Source: a virus
Taxonomy: Duplodnaviria; Heunggongvirae; Uroviricota; Caudoviricetes
Virus record (IMG/VR): IMGVR_UViG_2526164688_000030
DNA: 11,137 bases
Strand: one strand, 5' to 3'
This document shows positions 1 through 6,387 of the stretch, one piece after another. The notes under the pieces were generated by a model. It worked only from the letters and a program-made list of their open reading frames with translations, was not told where the DNA came from and searched no databases. How positions within the stretch are numbered: the first letter of the stretch is position 1; each line of letters starts with the position of its first letter. Position numbers and translations under genes: made by a program.

Positions 1-876
1 GGATGGGGAGTAAGCTTAGTCAGCCGTTGTCTCCGGGTGTCGCGTGCGCAGTTGCACGTCATTCTCAGACGAACCGATGACTGGATGGATGGCCGCCGCA
101 GTCGTCACACTGATGATACGGATGTGCTTCTCCGTATACACCATGTTATCGGAGAGCTGCCCACGTATGGTTATCGTCGGGTATGGGCGCTGCTTCGCAG
201 ACAGGCAGAACTTGATGGTATGCCTGCGATCAATGCCAAACGTGTTTACCGGATCATGCGCCAGAATGCGCTGTTGCTTGAGCGAAAACCTGCTGTACCG
301 CCATCGAAACGGGCACATACAGGCAGAGTGGCTGTGAAAGAAAGTAATCAGCGATGGTGCTCTGACGGGTTCGAGTTCCGCTGTGATAACGGAGAAAAAC
401 TGCGAGTCACGTTCGCGCTGGACTGCTGTGACCGTGAGGCACTGCACTGGGCGGTCACTACGGGCGGCTTCAACAGTGAAACAGTACAGGACGTCATGCT
501 GGGAGCGGTGGAACGCCGCTTCGGCAACGAGCTTCCGGCGTCTCCAGTAGAGTGGCTGACGGATAATGGTTCATGCTACCGGGCTAATGAAACACGGCAG
601 TTTGCCCGGATGTTGGGGCTTGAACCGAAGAGCACGGCGGTGCGGAGTCCGGAGAGTAACGGCATAGCAGAGAGCTTCGTGAAAACGATAAAGCGTGACT
701 ACATCAGTGTCATGCCCAAACCAGACGGGTTAACGGCAGCAAAGAACCTTGCAGAGGCGTTCGAGCATTATAACGAATGGCATCCGCATAGTGCACTGGG
801 TTATCGCTCGCCACGGGAATATCTACGGCAGCAAGCCAGTAATGGGTTAAGTGATAACAGGTGTCTGGAAATATAG
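1..876 (+). CDS. insD: IS2 transposase OrfB (InsD), 5'-truncated by the window edge; DDE/RNase H-fold integrase-type catalytic domain
   Basis: Frame 1 is open from base 1 ([20 protein letters not shown]...), continuing the 37..876 ORF upstream; stop TAG at 874-876. Sequence is characteristic of IS3-family OrfB. Confidence 0.88.
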   Translation, partial: GWGVSLVSRCLRVSRAQLHVILRRTDDWMDGRRSRHTDDTDVLLRIHHVIGELPTYGYRRVWALLRRQAELDGMPAINAKRVYRIMRQNALLLERKPAVPPSKRAHTGRVAVKESNQRWCSDGFEFRCDNGEKLRVTFALDCCDREALHWAVTTGGFNSETVQDVMLGAVERRFGNELPASPVEWLTDNGSCYRANETRQFARMLGLEPKSTAVRSPESNGIAESFVKTIKRDYISVMPKPDGLTAAKNLAEAFEHYNEWHPHSALGYRSPREYLRQQASNGLSDNRCLEI

Positions 877-887
877 GGGCAAATCCA
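1..887 (+). mobile_element. IS2: IS2 insertion sequence, 3' portion (left end lies outside the window); right terminus ...TGGAAATATAGGGGCAAATCCA ends at 887
   Basis: Encoded protein matches recalled IS2 InsD over its whole visible length; terminal sequence at 866-887 matches the IS2 right inverted repeat as I recall it. Coding frame is open from base 1, so the element continues upstream of the window. Confidence 0.88.
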
Positions 888-959
888 GTTCGTAAAATTG
901 GTGGAATCCGTTTTCCTTTGCTGGCAGTCCGTGCTTATTATGCGTCCAGTATAGCTATT

Positions 960-2342
960 ATGACATCGCAAGGGACGTGGGTTAGTGCTTTAGAACGCCT
1001 AGAGCGTGCGCTTAGGCTGTGTTGTTTTTTTCGAAAGCATACTGATTTCAGGGATGAATTTGATCAGCTTTCGGCACATCTACTAGCAGAGTATGAACGT
1101 ACCAGAGAACAAGGCGATTCACCTTATCCGCTGCGACTCCTGCAACTCGATATCGACTGTAAAGTGAGTGAGCCATCTTTTATTGCCCAGGAACTCCTGT
1201 TTCTGACAAAAAACTATCTGGCTCAAAAATTATTTTCATTTGCCGTCGATGCCTGTAAAACCGCAATCCCGATTGCGAATAGGTGCTGTGACAGAGATAC
1301 ACAGTTTGAATTCTGGCGGCTTCTTGCCGATACACATCTGGAAGAGTCAAAATTCCAAGATGGCGGTATGATTTCGGCAGCCTGCATGCAGAATGCTATT
1401 GAAGCACTGGCTAATATTCCAGGAACCCGAATAGAACGTCTTGCGCTGTATGAAGAAATGCGTGATTACCAAATCGAATCCCGTCACCAGATGTCTATCC
1501 TTCAGTCTCCCCCTCAAGATATTAGTGAGATTGTCCATCAAGCCAAGAGTCGGGTAGTCGGAAGAGATTTGTTTGATATGGTTTTCAGACTTGCGATGCT
1601 GGTCTGTCGGCCAACCAGCATTGAGAGACTTAAGGCTCAAGCAATAGAACAAAAGGCCAACAGCATAGCTTGGATGTTTGGATCAACACATATTGATCAT
1701 GAGGGAATGACACTTGCTCGCATACCCGCAGGATTGGGGATTGATGATGCAAATGGGGCAGTTATTTGGCCCATAATGATGACGAGAATGCGTATCGACC
1801 ATGAGTTGGCAGTAGCTGGGCAAATTATTCCTGCTACAGATGAGATCACAATGAAATATCCAATCTCGGAGGCGTTTTTTCGCGATATGTTCATCAATCA
1901 TCCCTTCATCCCGTTTGGGCATGAAGAGTTTTTCATCAAGGGTATGGTTTGCGGTTTCAATGGAGATTTTATGACGGCATGCCACGTGTTGATTCCCCAG
2001 ATCGAAAATAGTCTGAGATATGTGGCTAAAATTAAAGGTGAGGAACCATCGCAGCTTCACGGGGACGGTTCGCAAGAGCGAAATGGACTCAAGGGATTAC
2101 TAGATAATCCACTGATTATTGAAGCTTTCGGCGTAGACATAATTGGCAATCTTCAGGCCTTACTGGTAGATAAAATCTATGGTGATTTACGAAATCAACT
2201 AGCTCACGGATATGTGCCTGCCGGTTACTACAATCAACCTCCCTGCATTTTTGCATGGTGGCTTGTATTGCACATTCTAATGAACCCTACGGCGAGATAC
2301 TGGCAAGCCACTTATGGCCAAGAGAGTGAGGCTCAGACTTAA
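960..2342 (+). CDS. Hypothetical cargo protein (~460 aa from ATG 960; ORF open from 858) with C-terminal R-x4-H motif (DLRNQLAHG) suggesting a HEPN-like RNase domain; candidate abortive-infection/defence protein
   Basis: Long uninterrupted ORF with stop at 2340-2342. Start is uncertain: the frame is open across the IS2 boundary (GTG 861 lies inside IS2), ATG 960 is the first ATG after IS2 but has no clear SD, TTG 918 is an alternative. The R-N-x-x-x-H motif near the C-terminus is read directly. Convergent with flanking phage genes; not a recognisable lambdoid function. Confidence 0.55.
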   Translation: MTSQGTWVSALERLERALRLCCFFRKHTDFRDEFDQLSAHLLAEYERTREQGDSPYPLRLLQLDIDCKVSEPSFIAQELLFLTKNYLAQKLFSFAVDACKTAIPIANRCCDRDTQFEFWRLLADTHLEESKFQDGGMISAACMQNAIEALANIPGTRIERLALYEEMRDYQIESRHQMSILQSPPQDISEIVHQAKSRVVGRDLFDMVFRLAMLVCRPTSIERLKAQAIEQKANSIAWMFGSTHIDHEGMTLARIPAGLGIDDANGAVIWPIMMTRMRIDHELAVAGQIIPATDEITMKYPISEAFFRDMFINHPFIPFGHEEFFIKGMVCGFNGDFMTACHVLIPQIENSLRYVAKIKGEEPSQLHGDGSQERNGLKGLLDNPLIIEAFGVDIIGNLQALLVDKIYGDLRNQLAHGYVPAGYYNQPPCIFAWWLVLHILMNPTARYWQATYGQESEAQT

Positions 2343-2439
2343 AGTGAATAAGTTTACGAAGTTGGCACTTCCGGATGCATGTCCATATGAGTTGAGGCGA
2401 TTTGGTTAATAAGGTTGAGTGCTGCTGAAATTATTCGAT

Positions 2440-2463
2440 GTCCGCTTTTGGCACAAAGCGGAC
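2440..2463. terminator. Perfect 9-bp inverted repeat GTCCGCTTT-(TGGCAC)-AAAGCGGAC between convergent genes; possible bidirectional terminator or protein-binding palindrome
   Basis: Arms 2440-2448 and 2455-2463 are exact reverse complements; located in the 218-bp gap between the + strand cargo gene and the - strand 133-aa gene. No clean U-tract follows on either strand. Confidence 0.3.
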
Positions 2464-2560
2464 AACCACGCCAGATCTACCCTGTGCCATGAAAAATGAG
2501 AATGTCAATTCACTCCTGAACTAATGCTTTTTAATCTAGTAACGTCTAAAATACCTAACA

Positions 2561-2962
2561 TTATCCCTGATAAAATGCCAGTATGCGCTGCATAACTTCA
2601 CTCATCCGGCACTCGCGACAGATTATGTTTAGGCGACTGTCGTAGCGACGTATTTCTCCATCAGGTAACGACCAGATAAGGTCCGGATCAACCACAGCTG
2701 TTTTCTTCACCTTTGCCCTCGAGAGTTTTTTGCGGGCGTTTTGCCAGTCCTTACGCGCCTGTTCAGACGGGAATAACCCGTAGCCGGAGTTGTATACATC
2801 GCCACTGGCTACCAGCTCTCTGGCAAGAACGCTCATCAGATATCTAGTCGCACCTGTTTTAGCTTCCAGTTGCCGTAACGTCTCACGACCGCTCTGGCGC
2901 ACGAGTTCCACCACCTGCCCTTTAATTTTTTCCCGCTCTTCTTGTGTAAAAACTTTTGCCAC
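2561..2962 (-). CDS. Hypothetical phage early-right protein (133 aa), function unknown
   Basis: GTG start at 2962 preceded by a strong SD (AAGGGGGA, short 3-nt spacer) on the minus strand; lies 40 nt downstream of the replication gene in the same orientation. Confidence 0.6.
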   Translation of the reverse strand: MAKVFTQEEREKIKGQVVELVRQSGRETLRQLEAKTGATRYLMSVLARELVASGDVYNSGYGLFPSEQARKDWQNARKKLSRAKVKKTAVVDPDLIWSLPDGEIRRYDSRLNIICRECRMSEVMQRILAFYQG

Positions 2963-3002
2963 AAGTCCCCCTTAAAATTACCTCATGACCTGAAATCAAA
3001 AC

Positions 3003-3968
3003 TTATCCTCTGAAACCAGGCGGAATTTCTGTATCCGGTTCAGAAATATGATTAACACAACGCTGTACAGGTGAACGCCCCAGGCGGATGACCAGTTCGT
3101 CCCATTTTTCGCGGAGCTTTGACGGGCTCATGATGTTTTTTACCCAGAATGGATCCCGCTGTACCCGACCAAACATTTCACAAATTTGTCTGTGGCTTCT
3201 GCCATCCAGCATCCGCATTGTGCGCACATCATTGGCCCAGACAGTCCAGTTAGGCTCTTTTGGTCGCATGATCTCGCCATCATCACTGGCGGCCTGTTCG
3301 TAGAGACCCACGATCCGCCCCCATATCCACTGCGCACACGCCAGATCCTCCTGGCTACCCCACTGGCGTTTTTTCGCACTAAACACAACTGCGCCAGGGT
3401 GCCGGATTAAAAAATCCTGTTCAGCCGTCTGCGGGTCCGGTTGCGAAGCTTCCGGACGAAAAGTGTTTTTATTCTCTGTAGTAATCTCTGTTGTATTCTC
3501 TGTAGGATCATCGGGCCATTTTGACCCGATGACATTGGGTCGTTTTGAACCAATGGAGCGTTTCATTTTGACCTCTTCCATCGTGTCATTTTGACCTGAT
3601 GGAGCGGCGCATTTTGAACCGATGGATTCGCTCAATTTGCCATCATCTAAAAGCTCGCTCCCATAGTTAATCGTGTAGAAATTGGTCATATCGCGCTTTG
3701 ATTTATTGAGCTTTTCACAACGCAAAAGCCCCAGCGTTTTCAGACTTGCAAACGCGCGCTTTAACGTTGACTCTGACCAGAATGGGAACTGTTCCAGCCA
3801 TTGTTCCGTTGTGTTGTAAATCCAGCGAACACCATCACATTCCATGCCGGAATTGGTATCTCTCAACCAGTAATGCAACTGCTGCAACACAATGGCTTCA
3901 TTTAAGCCAATCTTCATCGCAAGCTGTGTGTTTATAACCAGTGGGCGTTCAGCAAAAAGAAGGCTCAT
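3003..3968 (-). CDS. Putative phage replication initiation protein (lambda O-like role; N-terminal winged-helix-like region, C-terminal DnaT-like region); contains the iteron array
   Basis: ORF 3003..4022 (TTG at 4022); the more likely start is ATG 3968 with GGATGG 5-7 nt upstream, overlapping the upstream gene by 20 nt. Position downstream of the Cro-like gene and internal iterons (protein repeats SIGSK...SIGSK...VIGSK) match lambdoid O-gene architecture. Family assignment is from recollection, not a search. Confidence 0.7.
   Translation of the reverse strand: MSLLFAERPLVINTQLAMKIGLNEAIVLQQLHYWLRDTNSGMECDGVRWIYNTTEQWLEQFPFWSESTLKRAFASLKTLGLLRCEKLNKSKRDMTNFYTINYGSELLDDGKLSESIGSKCAAPSGQNDTMEEVKMKRSIGSKRPNVIGSKWPDDPTENTTEITTENKNTFRPEASQPDPQTAEQDFLIRHPGAVVFSAKKRQWGSQEDLACAQWIWGRIVGLYEQAASDDGEIMRPKEPNWTVWANDVRTMRMLDGRSHRQICEMFGRVQRDPFWVKNIMSPSKLREKWDELVIRLGRSPVQRCVNHISEPDTEIPPGFRG
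3470..3505. repeat. Three tandem 12-bp direct repeats (TATTCTCTGTAG / TAATCTCTGTTG / TATTCTCTGTAG) adjacent to the iteron array
   Basis: Read directly; encodes the TENTTEITTENK repeat in the replication protein. Sits immediately promoter-distal of the iterons, where lambdoid origins carry their A/T-rich unwinding region. Confidence 0.5.
3517..3647. repeat. Iteron array: six direct repeats of ~CATTTTGA(A/C)C(N)GATGG at a regular 23-bp period; putative prophage origin of replication inside the initiator gene
   Basis: Copies begin at 3517, 3541, 3564, 3587, 3610 and a degenerate one at 3633, all read directly from the sequence. Confidence 0.6.
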
Positions 3969-4470
3969 AATTCCATCCAGCTTTTTGTTGGTATTGCTGT
4001 CGATACGCAAGTTTGAAAGCAATTGCTTTTTCTATAAGTTCGTCAGTTTCACGATCCACTACGGCAGGATCAGCAAAAAGCAGTCCGGACTCCACCACAT
4101 CGCCATATTCTTTGTTTAACCCGGCGATCATGTACGTGATGCTTTTTCCGTCACTAATTTCACGATACAACCTGAAATCATTAATCCGGATAGCCTCCAT
4201 AATTGCAGGCACTAGCGCCGTGAACTTTTCACGCTTATCCCTGGTGTCGATAGCCTTCCAGCGTTCGAATATCTTCACTCGATTAACGCCAAGCGCTCGC
4301 TGATCAACCGCGCCACCTTCATCTGTGACACGCTGAACATCGATGTTCGGGCGCTCTTTCAAAGCCCAGAATGCTTCAGTGATTAATATCGTCGCCTGCT
4401 CCTGTGTCATTCCTGGTCGACATATCCAGGCATCCAGAGCCTCACGAGCCTGTTCAGGAGTGATTTTCAT
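3949..4470 (-). CDS. Hypothetical early-right protein (173 aa) in the cII/YdaT-like position between the Cro-like gene and the replication gene
   Basis: ATG at 4470 with G-rich SD (GGGGCGG) ~7 nt upstream; overlaps the dicC-like stop by 17 nt and the replication gene start by 20 nt (translational coupling). No confident family recognition. Confidence 0.6.
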   Translation of the reverse strand: MKITPEQAREALDAWICRPGMTQEQATILITEAFWALKERPNIDVQRVTDEGGAVDQRALGVNRVKIFERWKAIDTRDKREKFTALVPAIMEAIRINDFRLYREISDGKSITYMIAGLNKEYGDVVESGLLFADPAVVDRETDELIEKAIAFKLAYRQQYQQKAGWNYEPSFC

Positions 4471-4681
4471 TGTTCAACCGCCCCGCCCGCTTCGTCTTAC
4501 GATATTCGTCATAAACCTTGGGATCATACAGAAGCTCCCCGCCAGATGCCTCCTGTAGACGCATCGCGCGACCTTCAGGAACCAGTATCCCCCAAGCAGC
4601 AACACTTGCCAGTCTCACTCCTGCGGCATTGGCAAGCTTTGTTTTGCTGCCAAAAAAAGTAATTGCGTCAACTTTAAGCAT
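4454..4681 (-). CDS. dicC: DicC-like Cro-type small DNA-binding regulator (75 aa)
   Basis: ATG at 4681 with strong SD (AGAGGGGG, 5-nt spacer); protein (MLKVDAITFFGSKTKLANAAGVRLASVAAWG...RLQEASGGELLYDPKVYDEYRKTKRAGRLNNENHS) closely resembles recalled E. coli Qin DicC; divergent from the dicA-like gene. Confidence 0.8.
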   Translation of the reverse strand: MLKVDAITFFGSKTKLANAAGVRLASVAAWGILVPEGRAMRLQEASGGELLYDPKVYDEYRKTKRAGRLNNENHS

Positions 4682-4694
4682 CAAAGCCCCCTCT

Positions 4695-4712
4695 TGTTAG
4701 ACTTTTCTAACA
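4695..4712. promoter_or_regulatory. Operator-like palindrome TGTTAGA-cttt-TCTAACA in the dicC/dicA divergent promoter region (putative DicA/DicC binding site)
   Basis: 7-bp perfect inverted arms 4695-4701 / 4706-4712; overlaps the dicC RBS/promoter region; a near-identical palindrome recurs at 5205-5224. Confidence 0.5.
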
Positions 4713-4761
4713 TTATTGTGCGCGGGATATCTAAGTCAAGAAAAATTAGAATTACCTAACT

Positions 4762-5169
4762 ATGGATACAAGAACCCTAGGCCAGCGAGTTCTGGCGCGA
4801 CGAAAAGAATTACGCTTAACACAACGAGAAGCTGCGCGCCTCGCTGGAGTTGCTCACGTCACAATTTCACAATGGGAAAGAGACGAAACCCAGCCAGTCG
4901 GAAAACGATTGTTTGCTTTAGCGGATGCTCTGAAGTGCTCACCTACATGGCTAATGTTTGGTGACGAAGACAAGGCACCAGTGCCTGCACAAGAACTTCA
5001 TGTGGAAACAGAGCTAACTCCCAACCACAAAGAATTGATCGAATTATTCGATGCTCTTCCATCTTCCGAGCAGGAAGCCTTGCTGTCTGAAATGCGCGCA
5101 AGAGTAGAAAACTTCAACAAACTCTTCGAAGAAATGCTTAAAGCGCGTAAAAATAAATCAATAAAATAA
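4762..5169 (+). CDS. dicA: DicA-like HTH (XRE/P22 C2-type) prophage repressor, 135 aa
   Basis: N-terminal HTH (LRLTQREAARLAGVAHVTISQWERDETQPVGKRLFALADALKCSPTWLMFGDEDK) and C-terminal block (ELIELFDALPSSEQEALLSEMRARVENFNKLFEEMLKAR) closely resemble recalled K-12 DicA; divergent from the Cro-like gene. Confidence 0.85.
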   Translation: MDTRTLGQRVLARRKELRLTQREAARLAGVAHVTISQWERDETQPVGKRLFALADALKCSPTWLMFGDEDKAPVPAQELHVETELTPNHKELIELFDALPSSEQEALLSEMRARVENFNKLFEEMLKARKNKSIK

Positions 5170-5204
5170 CATTCTTTTCAAGTGATTAGTTGCGCCCACT
5201 CTTT

Positions 5205-5224
5205 TTGTTAGACCAATCTAACAA
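5205..5224. promoter_or_regulatory. Second operator palindrome TTGTTAGA-ccaa-TCTAACAA, between dicA and ydfA-like; putative operator of the dicB-operon promoter
   Basis: 8-bp perfect inverted arms 5205-5212 / 5217-5224; 36 nt after the dicA stop and ~114 nt before the ydfA-like ATG. Confidence 0.5.
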
Positions 5225-5337
5225 AAAACACTTGCCTATCATGTTAGGTTATTCTAAATTACTTTCCATCAAGACACCGCACGGTGTTCTCAGCAAACAG
5301 TTCCGCTACCCCGGCGTTAAGGGGAAATGAGGTCAGC

Positions 5338-5493
5338 ATGGATACTATCGATCTTGGCAACAGCGAATCTCTGGTATGTGGCGTGTTCCCCAACCAGGAC
5401 GGCACGTTCACCGCGATGACGTATACCAAAAGCAAAACGTTTAAAACCGAAAATGGTGCCCGTCGCTGGCTGGAAAGAAACTCAGGTGAGTGA
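5338..5493 (+). CDS. ydfA: YdfA/YdaF-like small protein (51 aa) of the dicB operon
   Basis: ATG 5338 with purine-rich SD (GAGGT); protein MDTIDLGNSESLVCGVFPNQDGTFTAMTYTKSKTFKTENGARRWLERNSGE matches recalled Qin YdfA; stop TGA at 5491-5493. Confidence 0.75.
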   Translation: MDTIDLGNSESLVCGVFPNQDGTFTAMTYTKSKTFKTENGARRWLERNSGE

Positions 5494-5494
5494 T

Positions 5495-6070
5495 ATGGAT
5501 TTCGACACAATCATGGAAAAGGCTTACGAAGAATACTTCGAAGGCCTTGCCGAAGGCGAAGAAGCTCTCAGCTTCAGTGAGTTTAAACAGGCACTCAGAA
5601 TAAGAATGTGCTCTCACAATGACGCGGAGCACAAATATGAGAAGCAAAATCAGACCGCAGAAAATTTTGTTCTGGAACCCGGAGAAACGCTTTTCAAAAT
5701 TCCCGTTACGTGCCCCATTTGCGGTTTTACATCAGAAGAACTTGACGACTCCTGTAACAATCAGGAAACAACCAAGTATGTCGAAGATGATACCGAGTGC
5801 GCACGAAGAACGATTATATCCACGAGTCCAAACTCCAGGGCCAATAAATCTCACTTTGAGAGGGTGATTAATCCACTCCCCCAAACCAATAAAAAAGATG
5901 CCGGAGGACAAAAAACCCAATGGAACAACGGGATATCTGTCAAAAAAAGACGTTCCATTAAAGACAAACAACGCAGCGCCAACAACTGTAAGCGCTTTAT
6001 ACCAGTAATCAATTTTCATGTTCTTAAGCGGATTTATTGGTGGTTGCGACATTGCTTAATGAATCCTTAA
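5495..6070 (+). CDS. ydfB: YdfB-like protein; N-terminus MDFDTIMEKAYEEYFEGLAEGEEALSFSEFKQAL; ORF stays open for 191 codons but the C-terminal extent is uncertain
   Basis: ATG 5495 is 1 nt after the ydfA stop with SD CAGGTGAG. N-terminal ~35 aa match recalled YdfB. The K/R/N-rich 3' half and rare codons suggest the distal part may be an antisense shadow of the minus-strand ORF 5732..6052. Confidence 0.45.
   Translation: MDFDTIMEKAYEEYFEGLAEGEEALSFSEFKQALRIRMCSHNDAEHKYEKQNQTAENFVLEPGETLFKIPVTCPICGFTSEELDDSCNNQETTKYVEDDTECARRTIISTSPNSRANKSHFERVINPLPQTNKKDAGGQKTQWNNGISVKKRRSIKDKQRSANNCKRFIPVINFHVLKRIYWWLRHCLMNP
5732..6052 (-). CDS. Candidate small membrane protein (106 aa, about three predicted TM segments) antisense to the 3' half of the ydfB-like ORF
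   Basis: ATG at 6052; translation has three hydrophobic stretches (ALTVVGAALFVF, VVPLGFLSSGIFFIGLG, ALGIIFDILGCFLIVTGVV). Only a weak SD (GGA 13 nt upstream). Cannot be resolved against the overlapping plus-strand ORF from sequence alone. Confidence 0.3.
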   Translation of the reverse strand: MSQPPINPLKNMKIDYWYKALTVVGAALFVFNGTSFFDRYPVVPLGFLSSGIFFIGLGEWINHPLKVRFIGPGVWTRGYNRSSCALGIIFDILGCFLIVTGVVKFF

Positions 6071-6091
6071 AACTGTGGTGATTTTAAGGAT
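6063..6091. other. Perfect 10-bp inverted repeat ATCCTTAAAA-(ctgtggtga)-TTTTAAGGAT
   Basis: Arms 6063-6072 / 6082-6091; overlaps the stop of the plus ORF and lies just upstream of the minus-strand ORF start; candidate RNA hairpin or palindromic binding site. Confidence 0.35.
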
Positions 6092-6329
6092 ACCACCTCG
6101 CCTGACGTGGTTAAAAGCAGGCACACAACACGAAAGCGCACGGCGAAGTTCGTCTCACTGTACGGTGTCGTTAAATTTAATTCGACCGTGCGCTTCCGGT
6201 TGTGGCAACCCGCAAAATGGCGCGGCGGTAAGTATGGCGGGGTTATTCCTTCCCCGTTGAGGACACCGGGTTGTCAGGTTGACCATACGCTTAAGTGACA
6301 ACCCCGCTGCAACGCCCTCTGTTATCAAT

Positions 6330-6387
6330 TTTCTGGTGACGTTTGGCGGTATCAGTTTTACTCCGTGACTGCTCTGCCGCCGTTTTT
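6330..6387 (+). ncRNA. dicF: DicF small regulatory RNA (Hfq-dependent sRNA processed from the dicB-operon transcript; ftsZ antisense regulator)
   Basis: TTTCTGGTGACGTTTGGCGGTATCAGTTTTACTCCGTGACTGCTCTGCCGCCGTTTTT matches recalled E. coli DicF almost base-for-base, with 3' GC-rich stem plus U-tract, in the expected position between ydfB/C-like and dicB. Confidence 0.8.

Noticed and set aside
16-447. Minus-strand 143-aa ORF and plus-strand 97-aa ORF (44..337) inside IS2
   Set aside because: Both are fully contained in, or antisense to, the insD transposase coding sequence; alternate-frame shadow ORFs.
861-959. GTG start at 861 for the 493-aa ORF, as given in the six-frame track
   Set aside because: Codons 861-887 lie inside the IS2 terminal repeat, so a native start there is implausible; the open frame across the junction is better explained by chance or by IS insertion into a longer gene.
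1347-2075. Minus-strand ORFs 1347..1652, 1683..2075 and 1697..1897
   Set aside because: Antisense shadows within the long plus-strand cargo ORF; no independent start signals.
2449-2463. TGGCAC motif resembling the -24 element of a sigma-54 promoter
   Set aside because: No matching -12 TTGC element at the right spacing; the motif is simply the loop of the palindromic hairpin.
2790-3410. Small ORFs 2790..2975 (+), 3088..3303 (+), 3140..3388 (-), 3186..3410 (+)
   Set aside because: Overlap the better-supported 133-aa and replication genes in other frames or on the other strand; S/T/R-rich low-complexity translations.
3517-3647. Possible CRISPR array suggested by regularly spaced repeats
   Set aside because: Repeats are only ~16 bp with ~7-bp gaps, imperfect, and in-frame inside a coding sequence; the pattern is that of origin iterons, not CRISPR repeat-spacer units.
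3746-4303. Plus-strand ORFs 3746..3937, 3892..4119 and 4013..4303
   Set aside because: Antisense to the replication gene and the 173-aa gene; low-complexity translations.
4343-4964. ORFs 4343..4558 (+), 4518..4700 (+) and 4716..4964 (+)
   Set aside because: Antisense to the 173-aa and dicC-like genes, or an out-of-frame overlap of the dicA-like gene, which has a clear HTH repressor sequence.
5259-5867. ORFs 5259..5510 (-), 5441..5647 (-) and 5619..5867 (+)
   Set aside because: Overlap the ydfA-like and ydfB-like genes on the opposite strand or in another frame; no support.
6075-6298. ORFs 6075..6260 (+) and 6107..6298 (+) upstream of DicF
   Set aside because: Lie in the structured leader from which DicF is processed, with no convincing RBS and highly basic low-complexity translations. 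A ydfC-like gene cannot be fully excluded, because I do not recall the K-12 YdfC sequence.
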